NCBI GenBank assembly: GCA_965644295.1
Contig: CBFFRP010000043.1
Location: 1 to 64,000 of the forward strand
Direction of reading: 5' to 3'
Source: Paraphysomonas bandaiensis
Taxonomy: Eukaryota > Protista > Chrysophyceae
DNA length: 64,000 bases
A program made the position numbers and the translations under genes. Shown piece after piece: positions 26,393-41,100 of the stretch; within the stretch, counting starts at the first letter, position 1; each line of letters opens with the position of its first letter. The notes under the pieces are model-generated. The model saw nothing but the letters and a program-made list of their open reading frames with translations, was not told the DNA's origin and did no database searches.

Positions 26393-28997
26393 TTATGCAG
26401 TTGCGGTGAGCCTCAGTATTTGCTGAATACGGTTCTCATTCTTAGCAATGGATGCCTTTGTCACCGACACCTTCATTTTCTGCTCTTGAATCTGCAAAAC
26501 GTTAGACGAGGAAAGAATAATATTTCAATTCGCTATCACACCTGTTCCTCCAAATCGCTGAGCTCTCGTTGTAGTGGCACGAGGGCTTCTTGTGTTTGTC
26601 GCTTCTGGTTCTCGACTTCAATTTCATATCTACATATTATTGCAAAACGTTAACTAATTCCGACATCTTAAAGGCTGACAATAGCTGCTTGGATACAGCT
26701 ATGCCTATATACTTTAATCGAAAGTGTAAACATGAACTACATACTTTCTGCACTCCTCTTCCCATCGATGAAGCTCCATAGTCATGATTCCCACATCCTC
26801 CTGAATATAGTCCATGCATGTTCCAAGAGGTCCAGTATGTTGAACGAGTATCTGGACAGCCTTACGAAGCCGCTCGATATCTCCTGCACCGGAGGAAGTG
26901 GCGGCAGAGCCCTTCTTGTCACCCATTCCTACACACACCCATTAATATCAACTGATACGGTAATTTACTATCACACCTGTTTTTCTTAAACGACCAAGGC
27001 GAATTCCTCCAGCCTTGTCAGGTTTGTCGCCAGCTTTCTCCTCCTCCCCCTAGTAGACATCAAATTAAACGATGACACTTTCGCACTACGGAATCACTTG
27101 GACGCCAATACGAGAGTAAAACTGAAAAAGCATCATACTGCCCACCTTCATTTCCTTGGCGGCCGCCTCTTGCTCCGCCTGTCGAGAGAGAATGTCCTGA
27201 ACTAGCTTACTCTGTTGCTGATTTCGATCCGCATCACCCCCATCCTTATCGTCTGCCAGTCGTTCCTCCTCCACAATATCGTCATCGTCCTGTTTAGCAG
27301 TGTTAATTAGCAACATAAAGTCAATATCTATCGTGCTACAATGTGTCACTTTAAACTATCATTCACAAAATACAAAGTTCACTTCTTACGTCATCGTCAT
27401 TCTGCCCATCTCTCATGATTCCTTCAGCTTTCTTGGTAGATGGCGCAGTATCCTTTGCACTCACTTCACGAGTGGCATCACGTATCTTGGGAGGCCTTCT
27501 GCGAGCAGTGGTTGGTCTCATCGATCGCTTGGCTTCACCACTTTCTGCACCTTCTCCTAGCTTCTCCATGGCGTCGGATGCATCTTCCTGTGGAAAGGCC
27601 ACGTTAGCCATGTTCAATTATACAGTCATAGAATACACACCATTGGCTTATCGTCCATTGTATCTTTTCTGTTATCATCAAACCCACGGTTACCTAGATT
27701 TGCCATTGCATCATCTTTTGTTTCTGCTGCAACAGGTGCATTCATGGGCTGTGCTTGGGGTTTCGGTCTCGGCCGTTCTTCAATGCGAGGAGATGGCTCC
27801 TGAGATCCTTTAAAGTCATCCCCACCTCGTACCGGCGCGCTTCCTCCAGCAGGAGCAAGACCCATCTGCTCATGCACAGCTCGCACCGCACTAGAGGAGT
27901 CTGGCATCATCCGAGCGGCTAGGGCAAGCAGCTGTAGGAAACGATTTGTATCTTGAGCCTCGAGACCAGCAACGATCTTTTGAGGCTTCGCCCCTACTAA
28001 AGTATTCAGTTGTGCGCCCACTAGATTAATCATCTTTTCTAGGAAAATAATTTTTTGCTCTTTTTCTTTGACATTTGCACTATCCAGTTCTGCCGGTTCA
28101 TATAGATTTTCGGCGAATCCCGTAGCGCGAATGACTTCTGTGAATATATCGTGAAGAAAGCGAAACGGTGGCTTACCCAAGAGCTTGTCGGAGAGTTTCG
28201 GTTTGGTAATGAGTGGCTGGAGAAGTTCTTTCGTAATTTCAGGAGATCCGTCGCAGCGGTCAATTTCAGCGTCCATATTAGCCGGTCTGTCGCTGACACC
28301 ACCGAGCGCTGTGCTACTAGTGGCATGGGTTCGACTTCCAGCTCTAGTACCACCACGGCTCTTTCCTCGCTCATGTGCAATAGGAGGGTCTATAATTGCA
28401 TCAGCGGAATGTTTTGAGTCCATCCCTCCGTCCTTTTCGTCTGGCATGTCCATCTTATGACCCTTTGATGGAGCATCGTGTCGATCGGATGACTTTGCCT
28501 GAGAGGGACCGTCGCGGACTGGAGGTGCAGCACTTCCGGGCTGTTCTCCGTCGAGATACCGCCGAACTGCTGCCGCTGAATCACATGTCTCACTAGCAGC
28601 AAATTCGCCCAACAAGGCAAGAAATGTTGATGTGTTCTCTGGTTCTAGTCCGGCGACAACCTTAGAGCCTTTGACGTCAAGTGGCGCTCCCTGAATAGAA
28701 TACAATGACGTGAGAAGAGAAGATAGTCATTTCTCAACATACCTGACATATTCCAACTACTGCAAATATCTTTTCCAAGTATGCAATTTTCGAATTTTTA
28801 TCCGATATGTTCGATGAGTCCATTTCTTCGGGTGAGTACAGGCCCTCTGCAAACCCAGTCGTATTTATTATTGCCGTAATCGTATCATGCAAGAAACGGA
28901 AAGGAGGCTTCATCAACAATTTCTCCGACATTTTGGGTTTAGGTATGAGGGAGTTTATCCTGTCCTTAACGAGTGGTATCAACGTTTCCATGTCCAT
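26393..28997 (-). CDS. TRAF3IP1: IFT54 / TRAF3IP1 (MIP-T3) with two tandem N-terminal CH-like domains, multi-exon
   Basis: KLL.KPPFRFLHD occurs twice; central RPTTARRRPP; SKLVQDIL; C-terminal LVQHTGPLGTCMDYIQED and coiled coil ending IQQILRLTATA. Confidence 0.9.
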
Positions 28998-29633
28998 ATT
29001 TGGCAACAGAAATCCAACGAAACGCTATTCAATTTATACTATACAAGGTTCAATTTATATCCACCGCACTCAAACAATCTTGTTACCAACCTAGAAGATG
29101 AACAAAACTCACTATATAATAAGTAAAGGTGGTGGCCTGGTATATATAACGGCGTCGTTTAATAGTGATGGGAGTTTAAATATATGCACAATGACATCTA
29201 GCAGTCAACTGCTCGTACAGTCCTATACGATACGAGACATACTATACATCCTATACTCTCCATATACTCTACGTACATATAGAGTGAAACCAAACCATCT
29301 ACGTTTCAAAAACTGTACTAGAAATATGCTACACAGCAACTTATGAAACATAAAGTAACAATAATACTGTGTATACCGCGGGATACGTATCTGTCAAAAT
29401 TACGAAGAGGACAATATTGGACCAAACGGACAAGAACGTCATTTAACACCAATAAATCACGCTATGCAAATTCGCGCAATTCCAGAATTGTCCATGCCTG
29501 TACTATTTCATATAGCAGTGTGTGGAGTATATTTATGCGTATGCAATAACTAGCTTCAAATATAACTGACAGGTCATTGTCTGCGCCCCAAATTAACATT
29601 CACGTTGTCGTATAACATCATCTGATTGCATTC

Positions 29634-30716
29634 ATGGGTGGCGCTGTAAGTACTTTACCTGACACATTGGATAAAGATCAATGTATTGCGATTGTTGGCG
29701 ATTCATTCTCTGAGGAATTATGGGAATCCCACTCTAAAGATGGTTCAATTACTAAAGAAGAACTTTGTCGATTGGCTACAGTGAAAGCTGTGTCAAATAT
29801 TTCTTCTGAAGGTGAATCAGGAGTTACAGGAGTTGTGAATTTTGAACAAGTTTTCTCAACTGGACCATGCAAAATAACTTACAAAATTACTGGCTTAAAG
29901 CCAGGTCTCCATGCGTTAACAATGTCAGTTCATGCTTATGTGGTGTAATTTACACTAACTTATTTACACTAGTCATGAGCCTGCACATTTTGGTGAAGGT
30001 GATGCCTTGGGTGGTGAACACTACAACCCTCATAATAAAGCTCACGGTGGTCCGACTGACGAGGTTAGCAGCGCACTGACAATATTAAACCTGAACTAAT
30101 TATGTATACAGGAAAGACATGCCGGTGATCTTGGAAATATTGAAGCGAATGCTGATGGTACTGCAGAAGGAGAATTAACTTCCAATTTGGTTGCTCTGTA
30201 AGAGTGTGCATTTCAACCACATTGTTGTCATAATTATTTCCAGTTCTGGAGATTTTTCTGTTATCGGTCGCACTATAATAGTTCACGAAGATGCTGACGA
30301 CTTAGGTTTGTTGTATTTTACTTATACTGCTCTTACTAAGAGACCTTTTAACAGGAAAGGGTGAACATGAACTGTCATCCACCACTGGCAACTCAGGTGC
30401 CCCAATTGGTCACGGTGAAATATCAAAAACAGAAGCTGTAGAAGTTAAAAAGGGCTCTGCTATGAGACATAAGTTTGCTAAGCAATCTTCTAGCCGTGTA
30501 ATGAAAGCAAAGGCTGAATTTGAAGAAGAAGAAGACCCTTTCGCGCAGGAGCTGGATATTGTGTCAGAAGAAGTGCCCCAACAGACTCCATTTGATGCGG
30601 CAGATGCTACTCCTGAAGGCGACACAGCCGTTGCTGTGGAAGGCGATGCAACTGCTGCAACTGAAGGTGAATCCGCACCCGGAGCGGAAGATGCCGCTGC
30701 TCCAGCTGATTCTTGA
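29634..30716 (+). CDS. Cu/Zn superoxide dismutase-fold protein with N-terminal myristoylation-type extension and acidic tail; probably catalytically impaired
   Basis: Spliced product (about 4 short introns) reads GVVNFEQ...ITGLKPGLHALTIHE...EHYNPHNKAHGGP.DE|ERHAGDLGNI...SVIGRTIIVHEDADDLG|KG...STTGNSGAPIGHGEI. Starts MGGAVS. Confidence 0.85.
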
Positions 30717-32137
30717 TTGGGGTAATCAATAGCGACTGTGACTTATATCTGCATTTTTGTCCTACTGTAAAATCAATTCACTAATTGTATGGTTTTGTTA
30801 ATGTTTCACTATATTAGTTAGCAGTCTTTGCACGTATTAGCTTCGGTATTTTATATATTTGAGGCAGATACCGCTATATTTAGTCGATAATTATAGCTGT
30901 AGTGGTGCAGCAGTCGTTAATCTACGTCACAGATCACAGAGTAATAATGTGCTACATATTCTAGAAACGATAAGGACGTCGGCATAATCAAATTTAAAAA
31001 ATAAAGTGGCCCTTGATTCTTATGACTAAAATCGAAAGAAGCATTGATTTTTACTGTATCATACATTTTAAATTTGAACATATAACATATCATCTAGTTC
31101 ATCAGTTGGCTCCGAGCAAGATGGTGCGTACATGTGCCAGTCGTAAATAAAAGTCCTTAATCTGTGTTCCGTAGTTGTAGGCAAGTAAACGCAAGTGGTG
31201 ACACTAAATAATCTTACGTCCAACAGAATTATATACACAGCAATAGTCAAAGTCATTCGATTAGTATAGAGAGCTCTGTCACTATAATTCTTGTACATCT
31301 TTGGTGACCTATGAATAGTTCAAATATTCTACATTCTACATAAGTTAATAGTGATGCGGTTGCTAGATTAATAATTTAGATAAAGTAATAGTATGATAAG
31401 CTAGAAACTTGGCTGAGAAGCACGCCTTTTGTAATTTTATTATCTACGTCGAGAGGGTGTCGTTCGTCACATGAAATTCCAATAGAGTGTGAGTAATAGC
31501 TGCGGAGTAGAATCACTTGTTTTCAAAATTTCGGCAATCCATCAGGGTCTTGCCTTGATTAGTATGTCGTTTAATAGCAGTTAGTGTTGCAATCGAAACC
31601 TTTCAGGGCTGGTTAAATTACGTGTAGTATTTATTCGTTTCGCAACATTGCATTATTATTGTTGCAGTTAGAAGACTACATCTAATAGCTCAACAATTAA
31701 CAATCACGCTACTGTACCGATCATTCATATCCTTGGAATGATATAACTACTTGTACGAACTTGCAGTTCCCAGCTGCTGGAATTGATTGTTACAGCACTG
31801 GACAGAACTGTATACCGCAGTATACATGCAGTATATGACACCTGGTGCCGTATACCGGTATACAGCAGTTGGTAATGAAAATCGAAGTACAAAAAAAACT
31901 TCTTTGATGGGGAATCCCCCGAACACAAAATTCAGGCCAATGACATGCATGGACATGCTGTAGCTCTCTCGCTTGATGTCAACGTATGCACAGCCGCAGT
32001 ATGTGTATGTGTATGTATTTATTACATATGGATACCACTACACCGAGACGTTCCAATGGCACAGGCAGATGTCTATAGTTAAGGTGCTACATATATGAGA
32101 TCCCATTGAAATGAATGTACATATTTGTTGATTAATT

Positions 32138-35100
32138 ATGAAGAATAGGATGATAGCCCTTGTGTGTTACGCAGTACTACTGCCTCACATCTGTATAGCA
32201 GTCAGCACTATGAGAGACTATGTGAATAACGCAAAACAAATAGAAACAAATACACGCCACCACTTTGATCCGCTGTTGCTTACTTTGCCGCCTATAGGAT
32301 TTCCAGCTCCAACCCCTGCTCCGTCTTATAACCCTTCTAGTGTGCCCTCTATTATTCCAACTGGGGAACCGACAGGGGAACCGTCCTCTGTACCAAGTGT
32401 TATTCCAACTGGGCAACCCACTAGCATACCAAGTACAAGCATACCGACTTTTCACCCATCGTCCTATCCCAGTTTCGTGCCATCAACTCAACCGTCAAGT
32501 CCTCCATCTTGTTATCCGACAGGAGAACCTAGTGGGATACCAAGTGGTGAGCCCTCTGGTGTGCCTTCTGTATTGCCCACGGGTTTTCCGAGTGGTTTGC
32601 CGACTACGGAACCAACGGGCACTCCAAGCGTGGTTCCTAGTGGTCAACCGAGCACAGCCCCAACTGGCGCGCCATCAGGCATTCCAAGTGGGATACCAAG
32701 TGGTGAGCCCTCTGGTGTGCCTTCTGTATTGCCCACGGGTTTCCCGAGTGGTTTGCCGACTACGGAACCAACGGGCACTCCAAGCGTGGTTCCTAGTGGT
32801 CAACCGAGCACAGCCCCAACTGGCGCGCCATCAGGCATTCCAAGTGGGATACCAAGTGGTGAGCCCTCTGGTGTGCCTTCTGTATTGCCCACGGGTTTCC
32901 CGAGTGGTTTGCCGACTACGGAACCAACGGGCACTCCAAGCGTGGTTCCTAGTGGTCAACCGAGCACAGCCCCAACTGGCGCGCCATCAGGCATTCCAAG
33001 TGGGATACCAAGTGGTGAGCCGACCATGCTCTCACCGTTTCCTACATCCATACCATCTGGTGATCCCAGCGGTGCTCCTACTTGCCAGCCCTCTGGTTTG
33101 CCAACGTTGACACCTTCTGGGGAACCTTCTAGTTTGCCAACCTGTGTTCCATCTGGCGAACCATCTAACCAGCCCACCCATGAGCCATCAAGTGGTCCGA
33201 GTGTGGCACCTACAGGGGAACCATCTTCTCTTCCCACCAGTTTTCCGTCATACGAACCATCCGGACAACCTTCGTATTCCCCTACTATTGCTCCTACAGG
33301 ATTCCCATCAGAAATGCCAAGTAGTGCTCCATCTTTTCGTCCATCCAGTCAACCGTCTACGGTCCCCACATCACAGCCTACATCTCCTAGTCGCATGCCA
33401 ACATCTGAACCTAGTGTGACCCCTACTTCTCAACCTTCTAGTGAACCCTCTCCCGAACCATCTGGCCCACCCACAAGTTCGCCAAGTGGGTTTCCGAGTA
33501 CACTTCCTAGCAGTATCCCGTCGAGGCAGCCCTCCGCTGTACCAACGAATATTCCAAGCAATTGTCCAACTAGTTCTCCTACTGTTGTACCCAGTAAGAT
33601 TCCGAGTGGTATCCCGTCCTTCTTACCCACAGCATTACCATCTGGAGAGCCCTCTGGATTACCTTCAGGTTTTCCGACAATGTATCCCTCGTCCCTGCCC
33701 AGTGTGATTCCTTCTGCTGCACCTAGTTGCTGCCCCAGCAGCGAGCCGTCCAAGGGACCTAGTGCAGTACCAAGTAGTTATCCGACTGATAGCCCTGTGA
33801 GCGTTCCAACCTATATGCCTTCATCGGAGCCGACGGGGTGGCCTACTGCGTTACCTAGCTTCAGACCATCTAGTAGTGAACCGACTGGGGTACCCTCCGC
33901 ACTGCCATCATTATTGTCTCCGCCGCCTACATTTACTGTGATGCCCTCTTCGCACCCTAGTAGTGGCCCTTCGCAGGCCCCTCTAGCAGTACCTACAAGT
34001 AGGCCGACGGACATACCTACACTGTTACCCTCTTCTTTGCCGTCGTTATCTCCCTCAAACCTTCCGACTGCAGTACCAACAGTAATTCCGTCGTATACGC
34101 CCACATCTGTTCCATCTGTATACCCAAGTGCAGAGCCAACCATGTCTCCAACAAGTGTTCCAACCGGGTTACCGCACATACTGTCACAAAATGTCACAGC
34201 TGGAAAGACTAGCCTTACGGTGGGTATTTTGCTATCATTGGATGGGGAGGTATACTGTGCGGCGTATGTGCTCACAGAGCATCCGATAACAACGGACGCT
34301 GTAGTATACACGAATAGGATGGCAACATCCATAAATCAATATGCGTATATTCATATTACCGAACTTGTACCGGCAACTGAGTATGCGGTGTATTGTGTGT
34401 CTCTGAACTCAAATAGAGTTACTGTGACATCATACAGCGATATGATTACGAACAGAGTGATAGCGAAGACGCACTGCTGTCGTGAAATAGTTGTGCAGTT
34501 AGCAGCAACAACTGTGTCTTCCAATTTGTCAATGCTCGATATGGTGTTGCTCGAGTGGACCCGTGCGACGGATATTGAGCCATTAGATATTCAACTTTGG
34601 ACGAATTACACTCCGGCATTAGCTTCCGATTCCGTAACTATGAATCCATTCGTTCCCACTATGGTGAATATTTTGCCGAGTTCTCTTGCGACCTACGCTT
34701 CGGCCTCTCTGCCATCGGGATTAGCAGTTGGTGACTACGAGCTATTCTTTACCGTATCTGGAAGCAATTATTCCATTTATAAGTTGGTGTACACGCCATC
34801 CTTGCCAGTGTTTTCTGTAGTGGAGAGTGGGGGGGAGTATTTACCTGATGCCCCCATCGTTAACACTGCAGAGTTTTCTAATGATGGTTCATCTGTCATA
34901 GTGACATTTGATATGGCCACAGACAAGGCTGGCTTGGGTTCGACTTTTCAGTGCTCGAAATTGTTTACGTTTACACAAAGCAGCTTAGGAAGTTGTATTT
35001 GGTCTTCTTCCAGTAAAGTTCGCATATATGCTTCCAGCTATTACCCACTTGATGTGGGCAGATCTATTATTATCAACTCTGGAGTGTTGCGAGCAGAATG

Positions 35101-38100
35101 TATTTCTGGGTATACAACTTGTGAGTCCTATCCGACGTCTACCACCCATTCTGTCAATATAACTGCTCCTTTATTTCCTGTGCACCCTGTTGTGGTAGTG
35201 ACTGCTGCTACTGCTATTGGACCTTGCGATGACTTTGTTCTTGACCTGACAGCCTCAACAGGAAGTGCGAGTCGATCGTGGAGCAATATGACGATATATG
35301 CTTCATCCATAAGTGATAATACAACAGATATTAATAATTTTTTCAGAAATAGTTTTATGATTGATCCACCAACTGCAGTTCCGTCCAGAGCTATGCGCGC
35401 GGGAAGTACTTACAGGTTCTCCATCATTCTATGCAATTTTTTACAGGCGTGCAGCGCACAGATTAGTCACACACTCTCAGTGCAGGCAGAACCGTTGCCA
35501 GTGGTGAGCATACTTGGAAAGAAATCTAGAATCATTCGCAAGAGAGATACGCTCACTCTGTATTCTACTGTGTACACCCAGTCCTGTGAAACCACAAGCA
35601 GGACATCGGAAGGCATGTCTTTCACCTGGGAGATATTTGAAAATAGCATGCCGAAAAATCTTGTGTCCTTATCGAAGATTCCTGCCCAATATAAACTTCC
35701 TGGAAGCTTATTATCAATCGGGCTCGTGTATGAAGTAAAGCTGACTGCCCTCCATTCCTCCACAGGAAATTATGCGTCGACCAGTGTAGATGTACGTGTA
35801 GTACCCTCTGATATAGTGGCTGTAGTGAGTGGAGGGTCGCATCGCAGTTTGCGATACGGCAGCTCGATTACACTGGATGCATCTGGCAGCTACGATGAAG
35901 ATGTTGTTGGTCTGACCGGAGCAGATGCCGGATTATTGTTTTCCTGGCAATGCATAATGATCGATCCTCTAAATATCACTTCATGTGGCGTCTTGTTGCC
36001 CTCTGGATTTGAGAAAGTTGTAGTAACAGCAGATGATGCGGAATATATATCTACTACTTCGGAGGTCACTTGCCGTGTGTATGATTCATCCTCACGTTAC
36101 GATGAATTCAGTGTAGTTGTGGAGGTTTTGCCCCCTCAATCTCCTCAAGTATTCTTATCTTCGACAGTGCTTTCCACGACACGCAGAAAAAAACTGAAAC
36201 TTCTTTCAATTGTAAATTCGTATGTGGCTAGTTATGTGTCATGGTCAGTCGAAGGAGGTGTAATTGATTTAAATGCTGCCTCTCTCACCCCAGTGTCATC
36301 CACCCTTACTAGCGGCACTCATAATTTTAATCTTGGTCTGAAGTCGAATGTTTTACCGGAGTATACCTCTCTATCATTTCGATTGACCTCTGGAAATAGC
36401 TACGCATCTGTTACTGTTTTTGTCGCAGGCCCCCCGATCTCAGGTACTTTTCATGTTATGCCGTCCATTGGGGTGGAGTTGACTGATAGCTTCACGTTTT
36501 CTACTTCCAATTGGGTTGAGAGCGACGTGAACTTACCTTTGACCTATATATATACTTTTATATCAAATGTTGGGTCGTATATGGTTGTCCAGGGACGGTC
36601 AGAAAAAACATACACCTCCACTGTACTCTCACGTGGTCCATCAAGTGATAAAAATGTTTTACACTGCTCCGTGGAAGCATTTAACGTTCTGGATGCGTCA
36701 TCCAGCCTTACAGCTGATGTTACGGTGACACCTCTGACTATCGAACCTGCTGATTTTGATCAACTGGTGGAAGTGCAACTGTCATTTGGATCTCAGCAGG
36801 CTGAGTTATCTCACACGAAACAGGCTATATCATCTTCAGTGAGTAGTATGAATTCAGTTAATTGCTCACTTGCCCCCAATTGCACCGCTCTATTTCGTCG
36901 AGATTGTTCGTACCAACCTCAAACTTGTGGAGGGTGCATCGATGGTTACTTTGGTGATAATGGAGATGATAACACACTCTGTTACCCGGTGGAGTTGTCG
37001 TCTAGTGCTAGGGATGGCAAATTTTACTGCTCTTCTGACAGTGATTGTGGGCTCTACGAGCTTTGTGATATGAATGCTTCAGTTTGCTATCGCCCTTCGA
37101 AAGCATGTTCGAATAATTGTACCAGTCATGGGAAATGTTTATTCAGAATATTATCCTCTGGATCTATCACGGACTCATGCTTGAGTGGTGACTCAGAATG
37201 TGCTGCGGTGTGTGTATGCAATGAGCACTATTCGGGTGATGACTGTTCGGTTTCGCAGTCTGAGTTGGCTATCCGAGTGCGAACCCGTGAGCGGCTTGTT
37301 GCTGCATTAGTAAATATGACTCTCATCGAAGATTTGACTGTGCAGACGACCGAAGAAATTGTAACGATGGTCGGCGAGATAGCATCCAATCGGCAACAAA
37401 TGTCCGTCGCGGTGTGTAATGGACTACTTTTTGTCACTGAAATACTCCTGAATTCGGCTTTCGAAATAGGCTTGTCGTACGATACTGTCAATAAATTAGC
37501 ACCTGTTATCGATAATTGCATTGGGTTTTATAGCTCTCTTACTGACGAAACATTAAAGGCTGCCTCCTTAGATTTTTCTTTTGAGCTAATGGATCTTCAT
37601 TCTAATGTTGTCTTAAACGATATTGTCGTTGGTGAAGGAAGTGTTGAAATTATGGGGTCGACATCGCGCAAGAGTATCAATGAGCTAACATCTGAGAACC
37701 CTTCAACTACTGTATTTCTGCCTCAAACCGCTATAGAGCGGTGGAATGGCCGAATTCAATCTAGTGTGAATTTGACTTGGTCTACGAATAGCACCACAAC
37801 TAGCGTGGTAGTGTCAGAAACCCAAGCTGCGTTGTATACAAACGCTTCTATCTACGCTACGAATCCAATTAAGTTACAGATAACAGATACTTCAGTTCTG
37901 TCAGATGAAGTTTCGTTTCTTATCTCTACTCATTCTGGCACCACTTTTTCCAATGGCACCGTACAGCACGGAAACCTTACAACTATATGCCCCAAAGGAA
38001 TGCTTATGCATGAGGAATACGAATGCACCAATGGCGACAAGATTATTCATGAATGTGATGGGGAGGAAAGGACGTTGTTTACTGCATGTCCTAATGTGTC

Positions 38101-41100
38101 TAGTTTTCCGAAATGTGCACTTATCGTCGAAGGGGTTGCTCTGGAGAACACTGCATGCTTTGTGTCCAATTACACTAGTAACGGCGTTGAATGTACCTGC
38201 TCGTTGACTGCTGCTAACACGCAACGTAGATTGGATATTTCAATAGCTAATGAAGTCGACAAGACAGGATATCTGGAGGTGGCTGCCATTTCAGTGTATA
38301 TTGCGGACGAGTTTCTGACAACCATCAAGTCATCGGATGAAATTACGATTGAAAAACTTCAAGGCTCAGTTGCGGTTATATTGATGTTCGTTGTACTGTG
38401 GGCATCTGTTCTCTCTGTTATTGCATTCCTCTCGGTTACTGATATTACTCACCGTCAGAAGGTATACAATGAAAAATCGAAGAAACAAAGTCGGGTATCT
38501 CGCACGTCTCGTACCGCCCGTACCACTGCAACCACAGCTACACCGTCGACACAGGACCCGGCTGCAGTCCACTCCTACCTTACTATGTATATCGATAATA
38601 TCATACCGGTCATTTTCCGACCAACAGTTTCCGTATTTAAGAGTTTTTTTGGTGAGATTAGCAATCACCACAGGTATCTCAAGGTTCTTACGTATGATGG
38701 TCTCGACGCGGATGAGGTTCGTTTCAGAGTGGGACTGCAGGTGTGTATGTATATATTATAATAATAAATATTCATATACCAATGCAGTTGCTTACGGTGC
38801 AAAGCATGCTAATGTTTTTCATGGCCCTCTTCTACGAAATAGAGTATCCGAGAGATGATGGTACTTGTGAGACGTACGATACCAAGGACAATTGTCTTGA
38901 AGAAACGTCTATTTTCGACCCTGATGTTTCTCGGTGTAAATGGGTTGTGGATGGAGATGACGACTTAGCACCCGCCAATTGCCAGTACCGAGAAGTTAAT
39001 ATCACATTCCGGGTACGTTATATTGTGTTAGAAGTTTCCAAATTTGTTTAATATTTTTATATAGTTGATGTTTATTGTGGTGGTGTTTCTCTCAATCTGT
39101 GCTGCCCCTGTAAACTTTATGGTGGATTATATCTTTGAGTAAGTATTGCACCTACCCTTCACTTTATTGGTGATTATTGTTGCACAGCAATATCATCGCA
39201 GCACCTGTGGCAGATGACGTCAAAGTGATGCACGAAACTCCACAGATGGGAAGAAGATTTACCAATGCCTTGATTCGTGGAGTATCGAAGTTGAATGCTC
39301 AATTAACGAAGAAGTCACCACTAGATTATGTGAAGAATTCCGTTTTCCCTAAGCAGTCTCGAAAGGTGCCCAAGGATGTAGTAAACTCTCACAATGTGGC
39401 TATGCTAGCTCTGAACTTCGCACATGGTAAACGTGACGCTAACAATAATTCAAGTGAGGATGAATTTGCGACAAAGTTGAAACGGGCCATGTCCGTTACA
39501 TGCAATGATTTTCTTGATAAACTGTCAGAACAGCACTTTGCTCTAACAGGCGACGCAAGAAATTCCTTCGACAAAACTTGGGGGTAAGCGAATTGAGCAC
39601 AAAATTGTCAATGTCTAAAACGTGCTGCCAGCATTGACCCCTCCGGTAACATACCAGACGTAGAATCACGAAGGCTGTTATGTTGTAATCTATCCAGACC
39701 TGGAATGCCCGAACTTATTGACAAAGAAATTAATCATGTTGAGGATATTGCTTTAAAGAAAATTGCGAAGCTGAAATATGCCCCAGAGTAAGGCAGTGCT
39801 AATATATTACTGCTTGGCTGACTTAATTGTTCTGAAGTTTGCATATTGGAATCGAAGTAATACATTTATTTCTGTTGGATTTACTTGGACGCGACACGCC
39901 TGAAGGCCGCATATTCAGCTACAAGATGGACCAAGAGTATGTATAAATATTATTTTTGTCCATCTCAGTTCATATGTCTTTAGCTTTGGTCATAGCTTTC
40001 TCGTGTCATATTGGGCAAAAATTCTGGCGTGGGTATTTGTTGCTTTTTTGAACATCTTCTTCGTTTACTTTTCGATACTGCGTGCTATTGACCGCGACAT
40101 TCATTGGCAGATGGGTTATATTACCGCCTGTATATTACGTAAGTCAATTATGCTTTGCATTACATACTTGATGGTTTTTTTAGAAATGGTGATAGAAGTT
40201 TTGTTTTTTGAAACCACAGAATGTCTTTGGATTAATTGGCAAGGTTGTTTAACGATATACTATATATATGTGATAACATTGTCGCAGCACCTCGTTTGGT
40301 CCAGCCAGACGTTGAGGCAGCTGTTCGTGTCTTGTACAGATCGCTCGACTTCGCGCTTGCCAATACCGACACTAATAATGTTGTGCTTGATGTTCCACAG
40401 TTCCTTTTCGTTTCTACTAGAGTTGCTGAGGCGTTCCCGCGACTGTTCGAATGTAAACTCATCTTGAAATTCAAAACTTATTTAGGGGGAAAGATAGCAG
40501 AGAAAATTAGACAGGAGTCTATTTTGAGTCACGAGCGGCAGCCTCTGTGGTTAGTTTTGTGTCAATCTTTCCTCCGAATGATATCCGTTTTTTCGGTCGT
40601 ATCAATATTGAGATTTGTTGGGACTCTCGACGTTGCCGTTCAACGTGTGGTAATTCATGTGCTCCAGCGTGTTCTTTTCGTCCTAATTGTAATTTTCATC
40701 ACTGTGATTTCCTATTATCCCTGGTTGGGTTTCGTTCCCGCCCTCTTGTTATTGTACCAAATCAAAAGCTGTTTACATCATAGGCGTGTACAAGCGACTG
40801 ATGATGACGATTTCTTTTCCCCTATTCCTATTGCCGATACCCCATTTGCGAAATGTCCCAGTCCTTCAGTTGGAGTGGACAATAGTTCCCCAAATCATGG
40901 GTCTGTCCAACTCACTGACCCAGCAGACAGTGCCATTCTTCCTGGTCGCAGTGAACGTAGTCCCTATGCAACCAGTAACAATAAGTCGAATAGCATCATG
41001 TCAGCGCTTGGAGGGGATAGCATCCTGCTCGGCGACGAGGACGATGAGGCTGAAAAAGTGGATGATTCTGACCCGAAGCTTAATAAAAGTGTCGACCCGT

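Noticed and set aside
32340-34332. Alternative-frame and antisense ORFs over the mucin repeat
   Set aside because: Shadow ORFs of low-complexity coding sequence.
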